A stretch of DNA of 63,982 nt, the filler included, from Octopus bimaculoides (taxonomy: Eukaryota), in NCBI RefSeq assembly GCF_001194135.2. It is 5 parts of 5 records of this genome, joined end to end, with 100 filler letters (N's around TTAATTAATTAA, not from the genome) between each part and the next. Parts side by side here need not be neighbours in the genome. Positions count along the whole stretch, not along the records: positions 1 to 20,152 come from NC_068986.1; 4 more parts are not named here. One strand, given 5' to 3'. Position 1 is the first letter of the stretch; every line of letters begins with the position of its first letter. This document shows positions 1 through 13,324 of this stretch, piece after piece. Under the pieces are notes generated by a model. That model searched no databases, was not told the origin of the DNA, and was given only the letters and a program-made list of their open reading frames with translations. The position numbers and the translations under genes were made by a program.

Positions 1-357
1 TATATATAAACAAATAGTAAATGAGTATATGCATATATACGTATAGGTATGTGCATACCGACATCCACTTGTATGTATAGGTGCATATCTGGGTACAGGA
101 CATTGCAAACAAAACGTAGACGAGAAAACACACAAGCCACATAGAGAACATTCTACTTCATCAGCTACCCCCGTTTTAACACTGGCGTTTCGAAGAGCTT
201 ATATATGTGTGTGTGTGTGTACTACATTATATATACACACACACATATATATTACTGGTTAAGTTCTTTGAAGAGCTTTCTCGCATTCGTTGTCAAACAT
301 ATCTGAGGATTTGGGATTTTGTGGTTCTATATATGAGATTTGGGAGTGTTTGAGGTA

Positions 358-400
<43 letters not shown>

Positions 401-540
401 TGAGAGACAAGGGGGAGAGAGTGATGCATATATATTTTTTGTTTATTATATTTAGGGTAGTAAATATGTGATCTAGCATTACCTCCCAACGTCTCTTCCC
501 CCAAAAGTATATAAAAAACACTTCTATCAACAAACATTTT

Positions 541-960
541 TATCAAAAGACAGGTTTCATACACCCCAGATATACACCTAAAACGTATATAATTACCAAA
601 GGAAAGAATTTGGAAAGACATCTGGTTATTAGATTTCTGACAAAAGTCAACTATTCAAATGGCTTCACAAAATACTCCTTTAACACCCCACCACCTCCCA
701 ACTCCACCCCAATCAACTATCTTGTGTTGACCATTCACTACTTTCTTTCAGCTATCATTCATCAACAGTGTTTCACTCCTACACTGAGTAACAAACACCA
801 ACCCACCCAAACACAACCAAATTTCTGAAGAGGCCTAGCGGTTCGGGCATGTAACTCCATTTCAAAATGTCATCCGATAATCACTTCGGAAAGGAATATT
901 CGGATAGAATGGGGCTTGCTAAATCTAGGCCGAAACAGCTGTAAGATTAAACTTCTGTTC
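541..960 (+). mobile_element. Probable 3' remnant of a Penelope-like retroelement (GIY-YIG C-terminal tail plus pseudo-LTR)
   Basis: The frame through ORF 610-828 reads YQKTGFIHPRYTPKTYIITKGKNLERHLVIRFLTKVNYSNGFTKYSF, loosely resembling PLE endonuclease C-termini (K..E..LI..L.T...G.N..FSF). A hammerhead motif follows directly, as expected for PLE pseudo-LTRs. The protein similarity is weak. Confidence 0.5.
820..948 (+). ncRNA. Type I hammerhead ribozyme motif with extended stem II
   Basis: Core CTGAAGA at 825-831. Stem II GGCCTAG (832-838) pairs perfectly with CTAGGCC (925-931). GAAA at 932-935, palindromic stem III CAGCTG at 936-941, cleavage triplet GTA at 941-943. Stem I AATTT (820-824) pairs with AGATT (944-948), including one G-U pair. 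Confidence 0.8.
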
Positions 961-2155
961 ATCCTCTAATTCCTTATGTACTTTGTACTTCTATATGTAA
1001 ACCAGGTTGGCAAAATAACATAGTCTGCCATGAACACCTGTGCTTTGGTTCTTTCTTTCTTTTTCTTTCTTTTTTTGTCACTTTTGCTATGAATTAAATT
1101 AATGAATTCAACGGGATACACCGTCTGCAAGTAGTTGGGTTCAGCATATTATCCTACATTTTCTAATTGNNNNNNNNNNNNNNNNNNNNNNNNNNNNNNN
1201 NNNNNNNNNNNNNNNNNNNNNNNNNNNNNNNNNNNNNNNNNNNNNNNNNNNNNNNNNNNNNNNNNNNNNNNNNNNNNNNNNNNNNNNNNNNNNNNNNNNN
1301 NNNNNNNNNNNNNNNNNNNNNNNNNNNNNNNNNNNNNNNNNNNNNNNNNNNNNNNNNNNNNNNNNNNNNNNNNNNNNNNNNNNNNNNNNNNNNNNNNNNN
1401 NNNNNNNNNNNNNNNNNNNNNNNNNNNNNNNNNNNNNNNNNNNNNNNNNNNNNNNNNNNNNNNNNNNNNNNNNNNNNNNTATATATATATGTATGAAATT
1501 ACAAACTGGTACGTCAGCTGGATACCATATAAACGTTTGTATAATTCAATTATGAAAATAAAATAAATATAGCGATATACTATTGACAACCCAATAGTTT
1601 ATTTATATTACAATATTACTTTAAATACTATGAATATAATATAACATAACATAATATTATAACATAAATAATTATAAAAACCATAAAAGTATAACAAATT
1701 CTTTCAACTGGTGTATATTTTTCTGATATACATAATTACAGTTCCATAATATATAAAGTCACTTCAGGGTCTTGACTTTAGAAAAAGACGAAATTCCGTG
1801 TGAAAGGACGGCTGGATTGTAAAAATTAATTCGAATGTTTATGTGTTATGCGCGTAAGCGTCAACTATTCAATCATATATCAATTTCAATTTAAAAAACA
1901 ACAAAAACACTTTAATGGACGATACAATCAAGTAAGTGCAATCCTCAGCCATCGAAATTCACTTCATTATATCTCAAATACTTATTGAAACCCTTTTTTG
2001 TCTAAGATACTCGCTTGTCACCACAACATATAACAATAAGATATGTGTGTTTATAAGTGTATATAATTAAGTATCTAAGCCTTCTCCTACGTATAACTGC
2101 AACAAAAATATATAAACAATTACATCTTCAATCGTTTATCTATTTAGATTACTTG

Positions 2156-2247
<92 letters not shown>

Positions 2248-2276
2248 GTTCAGTNNNNNNNNNNATTATTATTCTG

Positions 2277-2348
<72 letters not shown>

Positions 2349-2353
<5 letters not shown>

Positions 2354-3324
2354 CACCTTAGCGAAGGCGGAGATATTGTTTTCAGTCGTGTTTGCTTGTT
2401 TGTTTGTTTGTCCGTGGACAAGATATCTCAAGAACCGCTGGATGGATGTGGATGACACCAACAGGGATGTTTGGCCTCATGACTTGCACGAACCGATTAG
2501 ATTTTGGGATTGATCTGGTACCGGACAAGGATTCTAGTATATTTGTTATATTTATTTTACTTTACATGAAGTATTACGATCATACGTTGACTTTCAAGTC
2601 TTTCTCTGATTATCTCCCTTGAACGCAAGCTCATGGTTTCCACGTAAGGCATGGCGGCGTTGCTGTTTCCAAAGTTTTATTTTCGTTTCTCTATTACTAA
2701 TTTTACTCGCGTCTCTGTCTTAGTAGAAACTGATGGATAAAGAAATCAAACTACATAAACAAACGGCAGCAAAACCGTTTAGAAATTAAATAACGCAAAC
2801 ATATTCAGTAACAATAATAAATTTAATTTATCCTCAACAATTTTTAGTTTTACCAATTTTGAATACATCGTTTCTGTTTAAAACCTCTTACCTAATTGAC
2901 AATTTCATTTCTAGTTCTGCTTTGAAGGAAGCTTTACTTCTTAGGCTCACGTTTTTGTGCACAATGATGTTGTTAAACCTCCGTTAACAGTACCGTATGC
3001 AGGTCCATTCCGCTTTCTTTCACGCACGGGTAAATTTATTCACTATATCAATGGATAGACTAAAAAAAAAAATGCCATCATAGAGAAAACTGTCCCTGTT
3101 TCTACTGCCGATGACATCGATCAGGTACCGGACAAGGATTCTGGATTATTTTTCCGTTGTTTGTACTTAATTTTTGAGAGCGTTTGGGTTCATTTTTTGT
3201 ATTCTCGTTTGTGAGAGCAGTCGAGTTTATTTCAGATATTTTCATTTGAAAAGTAACAGGTTAATCGTTGAAAGAACGTAGGCGTTGCCTTGGCAGAGGT
3301 TTGCGCTCTCTGAGCACTCTTGTT
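2349..3324 (+). mobile_element. Non-autonomous Helentron/HINE (DINE-1-like) element
   Basis: 5' hairpin CTCCACCTT-AGCG-AAGGCGGAG followed by a (TTTG)n tract. 3' subterminal CCTTGGCAGAGG plus hairpin GCGCTCTCTGAGCAC. Both ends abut (ATT)n tracts. Confidence 0.65.
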
Positions 3325-3325
3325 A

Positions 3326-3368
<43 letters not shown>

Positions 3369-4194
3369 TTTCTCTATTTTTACGATCTTTTATTTTTCTA
3401 GATTTTTAGTATTAAATATATCTTTCCTTTTCTTTTATTGTACTAATAATATCTACTAGTTACTTTCTAGTTATATTACTAAAATTCCCTTCCGTTTATT
3501 TGACAATCATCCTATTACGTATCAATTTTATTATGCTCCTCCATAATGTTTTAAATATTGACTTAACGTTTTTGAAACGTTACGTCGAAAATTTAATGTT
3601 TAACACAGACATCCTTTCACCTGAGGACGTAGCTTAAAATCTCCATTATTTTGAAAGATATTTTGCACTTTGCATTAATGCTGACATACAAGTGATTTAT
3701 TTATTACTAAATATAATAAAATGAATTATCTACGTGTTTTTTTTAAGTTACGAAACAATTTGCCGTAATATTTGAATTTTGCTTTTTTTTTTTTTTTGAT
3801 TAAATTGCATAAAACCATTTCTCTGTCCTTTATGAATTTATACACTCTTTATCATTTTCTCTTCTATCGCACTATACACCCCAGATGTTTTGTAGAATGT
3901 TACATTACGGAAAGTTTTATGAGTAACACCGGATTGCTTGAATCCATATACTATGACGTAAATTGTGGATTTAGTAGACAGAAACTGAAAGAAGCCCGTC
4001 GTATATATGTATATTGAAGATTTTTATAAATGAATGAATCATACGAGAAGACACCTTAAGAAGTTTTGGTTAAGAAATGTATATATGTATACATTCATAC
4101 ACACACACACATAAACACACACACACACACACGCACACGCACACACGCACACGCACATGCACGCGCACACGCACGCGCACGCACACACACACTC

Positions 4195-4575
4195 AAATAT
4201 ATATTCTTTTTTACTCTTTTACATGTTTCAGTCATTTGACTGCGGCCATGCTGGAGTACCGCCTTTAGTCGAGCAAATCGACCCCAGGACTTATTCTTTG
4301 TAAGCCTAGTACGTATTCTACCGGTCTCTTACACCGAACCGCTAAGTTATGGGGACGCAAACAGACCACCATCGGTTGTCAAACGACGTTGCGGGGAAAA
4401 ACAGACACACAAACATATACACACACATATACATGCATAAATATATATATATACGACGGGCGTCGTTCAGTTTCCGTTTACCAAATCTACTCACAAGGCT
4501 TTGGTCGGTCCGAGGCTATAGTAGAAAACACTTGTCCAAGGTACACGTTGTTGGTAAGCAAGCTACTTACCACAC
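4195..4575 (-). mobile_element. tRNA-derived SINE family A
   Basis: Reverse-complement match to the copies at 9699-10060 and 57049-57448, with an internal (TA/CA)n tract and 3' end GCTCCAGCATGGCCGCAGTCAAATGACTGAAAC. Confidence 0.85.
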
Positions 4576-4786
4576 AGCCAATCATGCGCCAATATATATN
4601 NNNNNNNNNNNNNNNNNNNNNNNNNNNNNNNNNNNNNNNNNNNNNNNNNNNNNNNNNNNNNNNNNNNNNNNNNNNNNNNNNNNNNNNNNNNNNNNNNNNA
4701 TATATATAGATTCACATACACACACGTTCACACACACATACATACTTATATATGTATAGATGTGTGTGTGTGTGTGTGTGTGTGAT

Positions 4787-5560
4787 AAGGGTGGGCTGCA
4801 AACTATATAGATTATATGACCATAAATGAGTGGTGCTGAAGTTTCGAAATGTTGCATGGATTCATTCCAACGATTCTTATTGATAACTCCATTGTTTCTT
4901 TCGTGGTAAACTCACTTCTGACTCTTCAAACACCAATTTAAGAGTAACTAGTATCGTCTTCTCTCGAAAATGAACTTAATTTGGCCTCATTGTGTTATCA
5001 AGCACCAGCACAGAAATGTTTTGTTCCAGAAGGATATTTATGCTGACATGGTTTCTACTTTGGGGGAAACGACACTCCAGATTTATCCACATCACAAAAG
5101 TGTGTAGCTTGAGTTTGGAGGGGAAAGTGAGTTTTTAAAAATGACCTAATGTCTGGACGTCCTGCAACTTCCACAACTAAGGAAAACATTAATAGTGTTC
5201 ACCACAACGTGATGGATGACAGGTAATTAATCAAATCACCAATGCTATTAGCATATCCCGTTTGAGAATATTCTGCACTGTGACGAAGATTTCTGCTCGG
5301 AGTGTGCCACGTTTTCAAACACTCGACGATAAGCACACCATGATGATGACATCACGGGAAAATCTTACGTTATCTCAAGCAGATCCATCTAGTTTCCTTG
5401 CACGGCTCCTAAGCCAGGATGAGTGTTAAGGTCATGACTTCGAGTCAGAGGCAAACAGCCATTCCATGGAATGAAAATGCTCCTGCTCGTATGCTCCAAA
5501 GAAAACCAAAGGAAACAGTAGCACAATGATAAGGACGGCATGTCTGATATTGATGCTGTT
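4787..5560 (+). mobile_element. Degenerate mariner transposase, 5' half
   Basis: Broken frames from the ATG near 4970 give SGRPATSTTKENINSVHH..DDR, KISARSVPR (WVPR motif) and LLSQDEC*GHDFESEANSHSME*K..APKKTK (TGDETWVH..EPE.K.QSM.W motif). The element runs into an N gap. Confidence 0.8.
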
Positions 5561-7669
5561 CAGGCTATATTATATACATATATATATATATATATANNNN
5601 NNNNNNNNNNNNNNNNNNNNNNNNNNNNNNNNNNNNNNNNNNNNNNNNNNNNNNNNNNNNNNNNNNNNNNNNNNNNNNNNNNNNNNNNNNNNNNNNNNNN
5701 NNNNNNNNNNNNNNNNNNNNNNNNNNNNNNNNNNNNNNNNNNNNNNNNNNNNNNNNNNNNNNNNNNNNNNNNNNNNNNNNNNNNNNNNNNNNNNNNNNNN
5801 NNNNNNNNNNNNNNNNNNNNNNNNNNNNNNNNNNNNNNNNNNNNNNNNNNNNNNNNNNNNNNNNNNNNNNNNNNNNNNNNNNNNNNNNNNNNNNNNNNNN
5901 NNNNNNNNNNNNNNNNNNNNNNNNNNNNNNNNNNNNNNNNNNNNNNNNNNNNNNNNNNNNNNNNNNNNNNNNNNNNNNNNNNNNNNNNNNNNNNNNNNNN
6001 NNNNNNNNNNNNNNNNNNNNNNNNNNNNNNNNNNNNNNNNNNNNNNNNNNNNNNNNNNNNNNNNNNNNNNNNNNNNNNNNNNNNNNNNNNNNNNNNNNNN
6101 NNNNNNNNNNNNNNNNNNNNNNNNNNNNNNNNNNNNNNNNNNNNNNNNNNNNNNNNNNNNNNNNNNNNNNNNNNNNNNNNNNNNNNNNNNNNNNNNNNNN
6201 NNNNNNNNNNNNNNNNNNNNNNNNNNNNNNNNNNNNNNNNNNNNNNNNNNNNNNNNNNNNNNNNNNNNNNNNNNNNNNNNNNNNNNNNNNNNNNNNNNNN
6301 NNNNNNNNNNNNNNNNNNNNNNNNNNNNNNNNNNNNNNNNNNNNNNNNNNNNNNNNNNNNNNNNNNNNNNNNNNNNNNNNNNNNNNNNNNNNNNNNNNNN
6401 NNNNNNNNNNNNNNNNNNNNNNNNNNNNNNNNNNNNNNNNNNNNNNNNNNNNNNNNNNNNNNNNNNNNNNNNNNNNNNNNNNNNNNNNNNNNNNNNNNNN
6501 NNNNNNNNNNNNNNNNNNNNNNNTATATACCTACGTACGTACGTACACACACATATACATACATACAGACATACAGACATACTACACATGCCTATAGGGA
6601 CAGCATTTTAAATTAATAGTCTGAAATTATGACATTCCCCGGTACTTGAGGAGAATAAAGTATTTGGAACCTAGTTAAATAAAAAAAAATAATAATAATG
6701 AGTCAAATTTGGAATCGAAACCCCCAAATCGTAAACATATTTCAAGGAAAGGTAACTACCATCGATATAGACGATAGTTATAGAGGTATCACACTACGGC
6801 TTGTTTATTCGTTCATTCTTGTATTTACGTTGGAGAATTTTTTTTTTTTTTTTTTGGTTAACTGCCAGAAACGAACGCTTTTGATTCGTTTCAATTTTCC
6901 TTGTGTATTATTTCAAAAACTTTTTATTTTCATCCTTGTGATTTATTTTAAATCATTTTATTTTTAATGTGGATTCTTTGATATTTGTTTACCTGGATGA
7001 TAAAAAAAAATTGTTTTTGTTTCATTGGCTGTGTGAATATTGGCAAAATATCTTTGCTATTTACTTGCTGTGTTTACATGGTTCATGTTTTTGTTGTTGC
7101 CTGTGGCTAACTTGTAGACAAATGTTGTATACAAAGGACAACATCGTCATTTCTCATATAAATACAGAATAAGACAAATGTCAAAGAAGGAGAGGGATTA
7201 CTTTTAAGGTACATTATTGTATCGATCCCGAATTTATTGATACAAATTCAATATTAATTTTATATTTAATTTTCTTTAAGTTTTCTATTTAGAACTTCGT
7301 ACGGAAAGTTTCTAACAACCGGGTAGCAGCATGTCGGCTGAGTAGATAGTGATGATGTTATTATTAAACCCCAGGTCATTCCTGAATGCGTAGATCTCTC
7401 ACCAAAGTGATTCCAACTGTAATAATTACTTATTCTTCCCAAGCATAGATAAGCCGAAACACATAATCCAACGATTCTTCTTTTCAGCTATGTCACTTTT
7501 GATTGCTATTTCTAGCAGGTCTAACTGCTATGGAAACAGTCTCTCCTTACAAGGGATGCATTTTATCCGTGAGCAAGGCTCTAACAGGACCGGAATTATA
7601 CAAGCTGGTGGTGGTGGTGGTAAGGAAGAAGACGAAGAACACCAAGATATAAAAGAAGGATGACACGGT

Positions 7670-7950
7670 AATGACGAAGAAGAAGAAGAAGAAGAAGAAG
7701 AAGAAGAAGAAGAAGAAAAGAGGAGGAGAAAGAAGAAGAAGAAGAAGAAGAAAAGAGGACAGGGAAGAAGAAGAAGAAGAAGAAGGAGGAGGANNNNNNN
7801 NNNAGAAGAAGAAGGAGGAGGAGGAGGAGAAGAAGAAGAAGAAGAAGAAGAAGAAGAAGAAGAAGAAGAAGAAGAAGACGAAGAAGAAGAAGAAGAAGAA
7901 GGAAAAGAAGAAGAAGAATGAGAAAAAGAAGAAGAATGAGGATTTGTTAT
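7670..7950. repeat. (GAA)n/(GGA)n polypurine microsatellite
   Basis: Direct reading of the sequence; it generates the spurious poly-K/E/S/F ORFs. Confidence 0.95.
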
Positions 7951-8141
7951 AAAACAGGAAAGACGGAGCATCATTAGGGTAAAAGTACAATCGATCTCAG
8001 TAAGATGCAATCGATGTTACTGATCGGTAAGAGACAGAAAGGATATTCCTGAGACCAGCAGGATTTGAACTCAAGATTTTAAATAAATGGAAGATTGGTT
8101 CACAATTTTGTCAATCACTGGACATCTTAATGATGATGATG

Positions 8142-8172
<31 letters not shown>

Positions 8173-8754
8173 CTACCACGAAGATAACCCACATACAGTA
8201 TTCGTGTAATAGAAAGCAATTTTGTCTCCCGTGCTTCTCACAATTAATTGAAAATTGCATCATATANNNNNNNNNNNNNNNNNNNNNNNNNNNNNNNNNN
8301 NNNNNNNNNNNNNNNNNNNNNNNNNNNNNNNNNNNNNNNNNNNNNNNNNNNNNNNNNNNNNNNNNNNNNNNNNNNNNNNNNNNNNNNNNNNNNNNNNNNN
8401 NNNNNNNNNNNNNNNNNNNNNNNNNNNNNNNNNNNNNNNNNNNNNNNNNNNNNNNNNNNNNNNNNNNNNNNNNNNNNNNNNNNNNNNNNNNNNNNNNNNN
8501 NNNNNNNNNNNNNNNNNNNNNNNNNNNNNNNNNNNNNNNNNNNNNNNNNNNNNNNNNNNNNNNNNNNNNNNNNNNNNNNNNNNNNNNNNNNNNNNNNNNN
8601 NNNNNNNNNNNNNNNNNNNNNNNNNNNNNNNNNNNNNNNNNNNNNNNNNNNNNNNNNNNNNNNNNNNNNNNNNNNNNNNNNNNNNNNNNNNTATATATAT
8701 ATTATATATTATTTATATTATTATTTGATCGAAAGCCACGCATCCATTTCCAAG

Positions 8755-8788
<34 letters not shown>

Positions 8789-9698
8789 AATGTGTGTGTG
8801 TGTGTGTGTGTGTGCGTATACACATTCATTTATTAATGTATGCATACATGTGTGTGTGTGCATCTGTGTGTGGGGGTTAGTGTGCGCTTGTGTGTATGGA
8901 AGAGTTTCAGCTTCGTTTCATGCTGCATGCCACATGTGGTTTCGGTATCTATCTGTCCACTTTTGTCCTGAAGCTGTAAACAACCTTATGACATTGAAAC
9001 GAAAAACTCTCGAGAATTACTTCAGCAATTATAAAGGTATTTACGCTTCTTCTCTTTCCCCTCTCCTTATCTCTCCCCACACCTCTCTCTCCCTCCTTTT
9101 CTCACTATTATATATACGTACAAGTTATGAGAGTGACTGTGTGTACGAGCGCGTATGGACGATTCGCGGCGTGAAATTCAGTGTGTATTTTGTTACAGAC
9201 ACAATATAGTGTTTACAACCAGTTTTAATTTTAACATGTTTCAAAATTGAGGTCATGATCTACTCTCTCTAATTAAGATGTTAATTGCAAATTCTGATAT
9301 AACAAGGTTTTAACTTGCAGCGATCTTTATTTCTCGTAAATCGATATAAACTTCATCATAGAGCGACATATAGTATTACTAACGTCTCCCCATTCAGATA
9401 TGCGCGGCGTGTATATGTGTTGGATGTGTGTATAGGTTTACATATATACCAACTGATGTGTGTATACATACATATTTATGTGTTTATATATATATATATA
9501 TATATATATATNNNNNNNNNNNNNNNNNNNNNNNNNNNNNTACATATATTTATTTATATACATATATATATATATATATTTATATGAACATATATACAAA
9601 TATACATTTGTATATATATACACATATATATGTATATATATGTATATATATATGTACACACACACACACATTATATATATATAAACTTAGATAATTTA

Positions 9699-10060
9699 GG
9701 AGTGGCTGTGTCGTAAGTAGCTTGCTTACCAACCACATGGTTCCGTGTTCAGTCTCACTGCGTGGCACCTAGGGAAAGTGTCTTCTACTTTAGCCTTGGG
9801 CCGACCAAAGCCTTGTAAGTGGATTTGGTAAACGGAAACTGAAAGAAACCCGTCGTATATACGTATGCATATGTACATGTGTGTATATGTGTTGTGTATG
9901 TGTGTTTAGGTCCCCGTAAATAGCGGTTCGGCAAAAGATACCGATAGAATAAGTACTAGGCTTACAAAGAATGAGTCTTGGGGTCGATTTGATTCGACAA
10001 AAGGCGGTGCTCCAGCATGGCCGCAGTCAAGCGACTGACGCAAGTAAAAGAAAATGAAAG
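9699..10060 (+). mobile_element. tRNA-derived SINE family A
   Basis: Head GGAGTGGCTGTGTCGTAAGTAGCTTGCTTACCAACCACATGGTTCCGTGTTCAGTCTCAC has A/B-box-like elements. Internal dinucleotide tract and conserved 3' end are present. Confidence 0.85.
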
Positions 10061-10352
10061 AAAAAAATTATTTGAACATTATGTATAGCATCTATAGTTA
10101 TATATACAAATATCTGCTTGTGTAGATATATACAAATAAAATTTGTATATATACACATACTTATCAATATACCTCAGTTTTACATAATTACTTTGTAAAT
10201 ATATTTGTATATACATGTGTAATTATGTATGTATACATGTGTGCATCAGTATGTATACAAACAATGTTAATTAGAATGCGTATAAACCAATATCTACGTT
10301 TATATATCATTTATATCATTCACCACTTACAAAGATATATCTATAGATTGAC

Positions 10353-10412
<60 letters not shown>

Positions 10413-10677
10413 TGTCAATCAAACAGACAGAAAGATAGAAAGACGCGTGTGTGTACGTATGCATGCAGTATGATGTCAAACCGTCTGTGTGTGCATTTCT
10501 ACATATATTTGTTAATACATCTACGTATGCATTTTTATTGAAGGTATGCATAAGTATCTCCGTGTGTGTATATGTGTGTGTGTGCATATGTATATATGTA
10601 GGTAAGTTTATATGTATATGTGTGTGTATGTATATAATATATGTATGTACTTATGTCTGCATATCTTTGTATGTGAG

Positions 10678-10721
<44 letters not shown>

Positions 10722-11285
10722 AATGTATGTATGTATGTATGTATGTATGTATGTATGTATGTATGTATATATCATGTGCCCTGTCGCACACGCGAGGTAG
10801 TAAAGTCGTTATCCTTAGGTCTATCCAATATGAATGAAAGTATATTTTTAGAAAACTTCGAAAATAGAAACATACTTAAAATTAATTAATCTATGTAATT
10901 ATACGTGTAATTAACGTAAAACGGACCGTTAGGCAGGAGAGGTCAAAATGAATGAACCAATTAATATATCGTTATTATTGTTGCTTTATTTATTTATTTT
11001 TTTAATTAAGTGGCATTTGGTGGCTTCAATACAGTGCAATAAATTTAGCTATGTCCCTATATATTCTGGCTTCAAATCCCTCAGGAATGTCCGTATTTCA
11101 TACCTCGTGGGTCGACACAGTAAGTGCTTGTGATCTATGAAACTCAGTATTATCAGGATATTCTACGAGGTCTTATGAAAAACTATCGAATTTGTTGCTA
11201 TAGTAACGGAGCTAAATTGTATATCAAATCCAAGTAGTTTTATTTGTCTATTTCCATCTCTGTCTCTCTCTTTCTTCTTCCCTCC

Positions 11286-11318
<33 letters not shown>

Positions 11319-12345
11319 TCTCTCTCACTTTCTCTTTAAACATATATATATAACTATATGAAATATAGTTATGTACAGTCATACTTAACATATTCGTAGT
11401 GCATTCGAACCTGGAAAGGCAATACGTTGGAAAATGCATCGAAAGAAGAAATTCTCATTATAGACAATATGGGTGTAAATGTACTCTTAGGCCATGAAGA
11501 ACGTCATAGGACCGTAGGAAGGATGAAATTTATCAATGACTTTTGATGCACTTCACAGTCTCATCATCTAGATGGTGCGATGCTAGCTATTGTTGTAATG
11601 CCTCCATAGTAGGTAGGTCCAGTGTAGTCGACACTGAAATTGCGTCCGGAATTTCGTATTAGCTTTATGTATCAACAGCCCGAGAGTGTTCTATGTTTGT
11701 GTGTTATTCGTGTATGCTGTTATTTGTGTATCTATTTTAGCATTGTTCTGTAGCGTCGTTATTGCTCCCAACATCAATCGTTCCTATATTATTTGTGTGT
11801 ATTGCTGCTAACATTAATCGCTTGGATATATCTCTAAAAGGCTATGTACCACAGAATTCCGGAAGTAACAGTTTGGACGCTAAATAAAACTATAAACTCA
11901 TAATAAAGAAAAAATTACCAGCGGGAAATTTATATTAAAAAATAAAAGTTATCGACAAATCAGCGATAAATATTTATTTAGAAATGTATACTCATCTCTT
12001 GATAATATACAGACATCTCTTTCACGATGAATTAGATATATAAGTATAAAAAAAAGAGTTAAGCAAACACTAGAAAATGAAAACATTTTTTTCCCACAAA
12101 GGAAGATAAATTTCTTAAGCTTTTACCATATATACTCTTGCCAGATCAAATACACAACTCAGCTTCACGACGTATCACCGTTTACTATCGAGATTCGACC
12201 TAAATCGAAAGAGTCTGCTCAATCAATCCCGAGAGTACCTTAGAGATAAAGATGGTATTATAAATATAGCCGATTAACTTCAGCACTTAGACAGAGGTGA
12301 AAGTAATAAAAACAGATGCATACAGAATGATATAATATAATACAG

Positions 12346-12412
<67 letters not shown>

Positions 12413-12823
12413 TCTTAGGCCATGACAAACTCTGAATGGTTTAAAAAATAACGAGAACATCATAATATGTAAATGTGTCAAAAGTAATATGTTTTTAATT
12501 ATTGATAAGTATAAATATATTGCAAAACTTAACAGCTTATAAAATGACAGAAATAAATCCGTAAGGATTCAGAACGTCTACATTAGGCAATAAATAATTA
12601 AAATTAATAATTTAATTGCGTCGATAATAATATAAATAGGGGAAGAATTTTAGCTCTGCTTATAGAACATTATAAATATTACTCTCAAGAAAATACATAA
12701 ACCTAGAAGAACATTAAACAATTTGATAAGATTGGAAAACAATATACACTGGAAAGATACATTTCAGTGTCACCTGATCCTTGCAGTAATTTTCGCAACT
12801 ATTAACTACATTCAATGTAAATA

Positions 12824-13038
12824 CTGGGTTGGTGCATAATTACTGCGGCTTTTTTTTCAACAAAAACATCTTTAGATGATTATTCCAGAGCATATTCACC
12901 ATCTACATCAATTACCGCTTCTCATTTGCTTAGCAGACGGTCAGACGTTATTTAAAGATGTTTTTGTTAAATATCGTTATTGTTTTTGTTGAATAAAATT
13001 TGTTGAAAAAAAGCCGCAATAATTATGCACCAACCCAA
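12824..13038. mobile_element. Internally deleted mariner (MITE) with ~38-bp TIRs and TA target duplication
   Basis: TA-CTGGGTTGGTGCATAATTACTGCGGCTTTTTTTCAACA ... TGTTGAAAAAAAGCCGCAATAATTATGCACCAACCCAA-TA. The interior on the minus strand reads LLSK*EAVIDVDGEYALE*, a mariner C-terminus. Confidence 0.9.
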
Positions 13039-13324
13039 TAGGTATATTTACGTCTTTTAGTTTAGGAAAAGTAAAGTGAGTGGGAACTGAAAGAGCAAAG
13101 GAGAAATCGAGGAGATAAGCGTTACAGTATTGATCTTTAGTAGGAGGAGATATGAAAGTTCAGAAGTGAGAAGAAAGAAAAAGAAAACAAAATGTAGGCT
13201 CACCAACGTCGGTGAGGTGGGTTGATGGAGTGAAGGATCTGGCATGAAAAAAGTTTTCTGCCCTTGCCCCAATGATTTCCTTAATATCGCCGACTACATT
13301 TTCATTCGAAAGCAGAATACAACA

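Noticed and set aside
11400-11760. Moderately GC-balanced unique segment that might be an exon
   Set aside because: All frames close within about 50 codons and none resembles a known protein.
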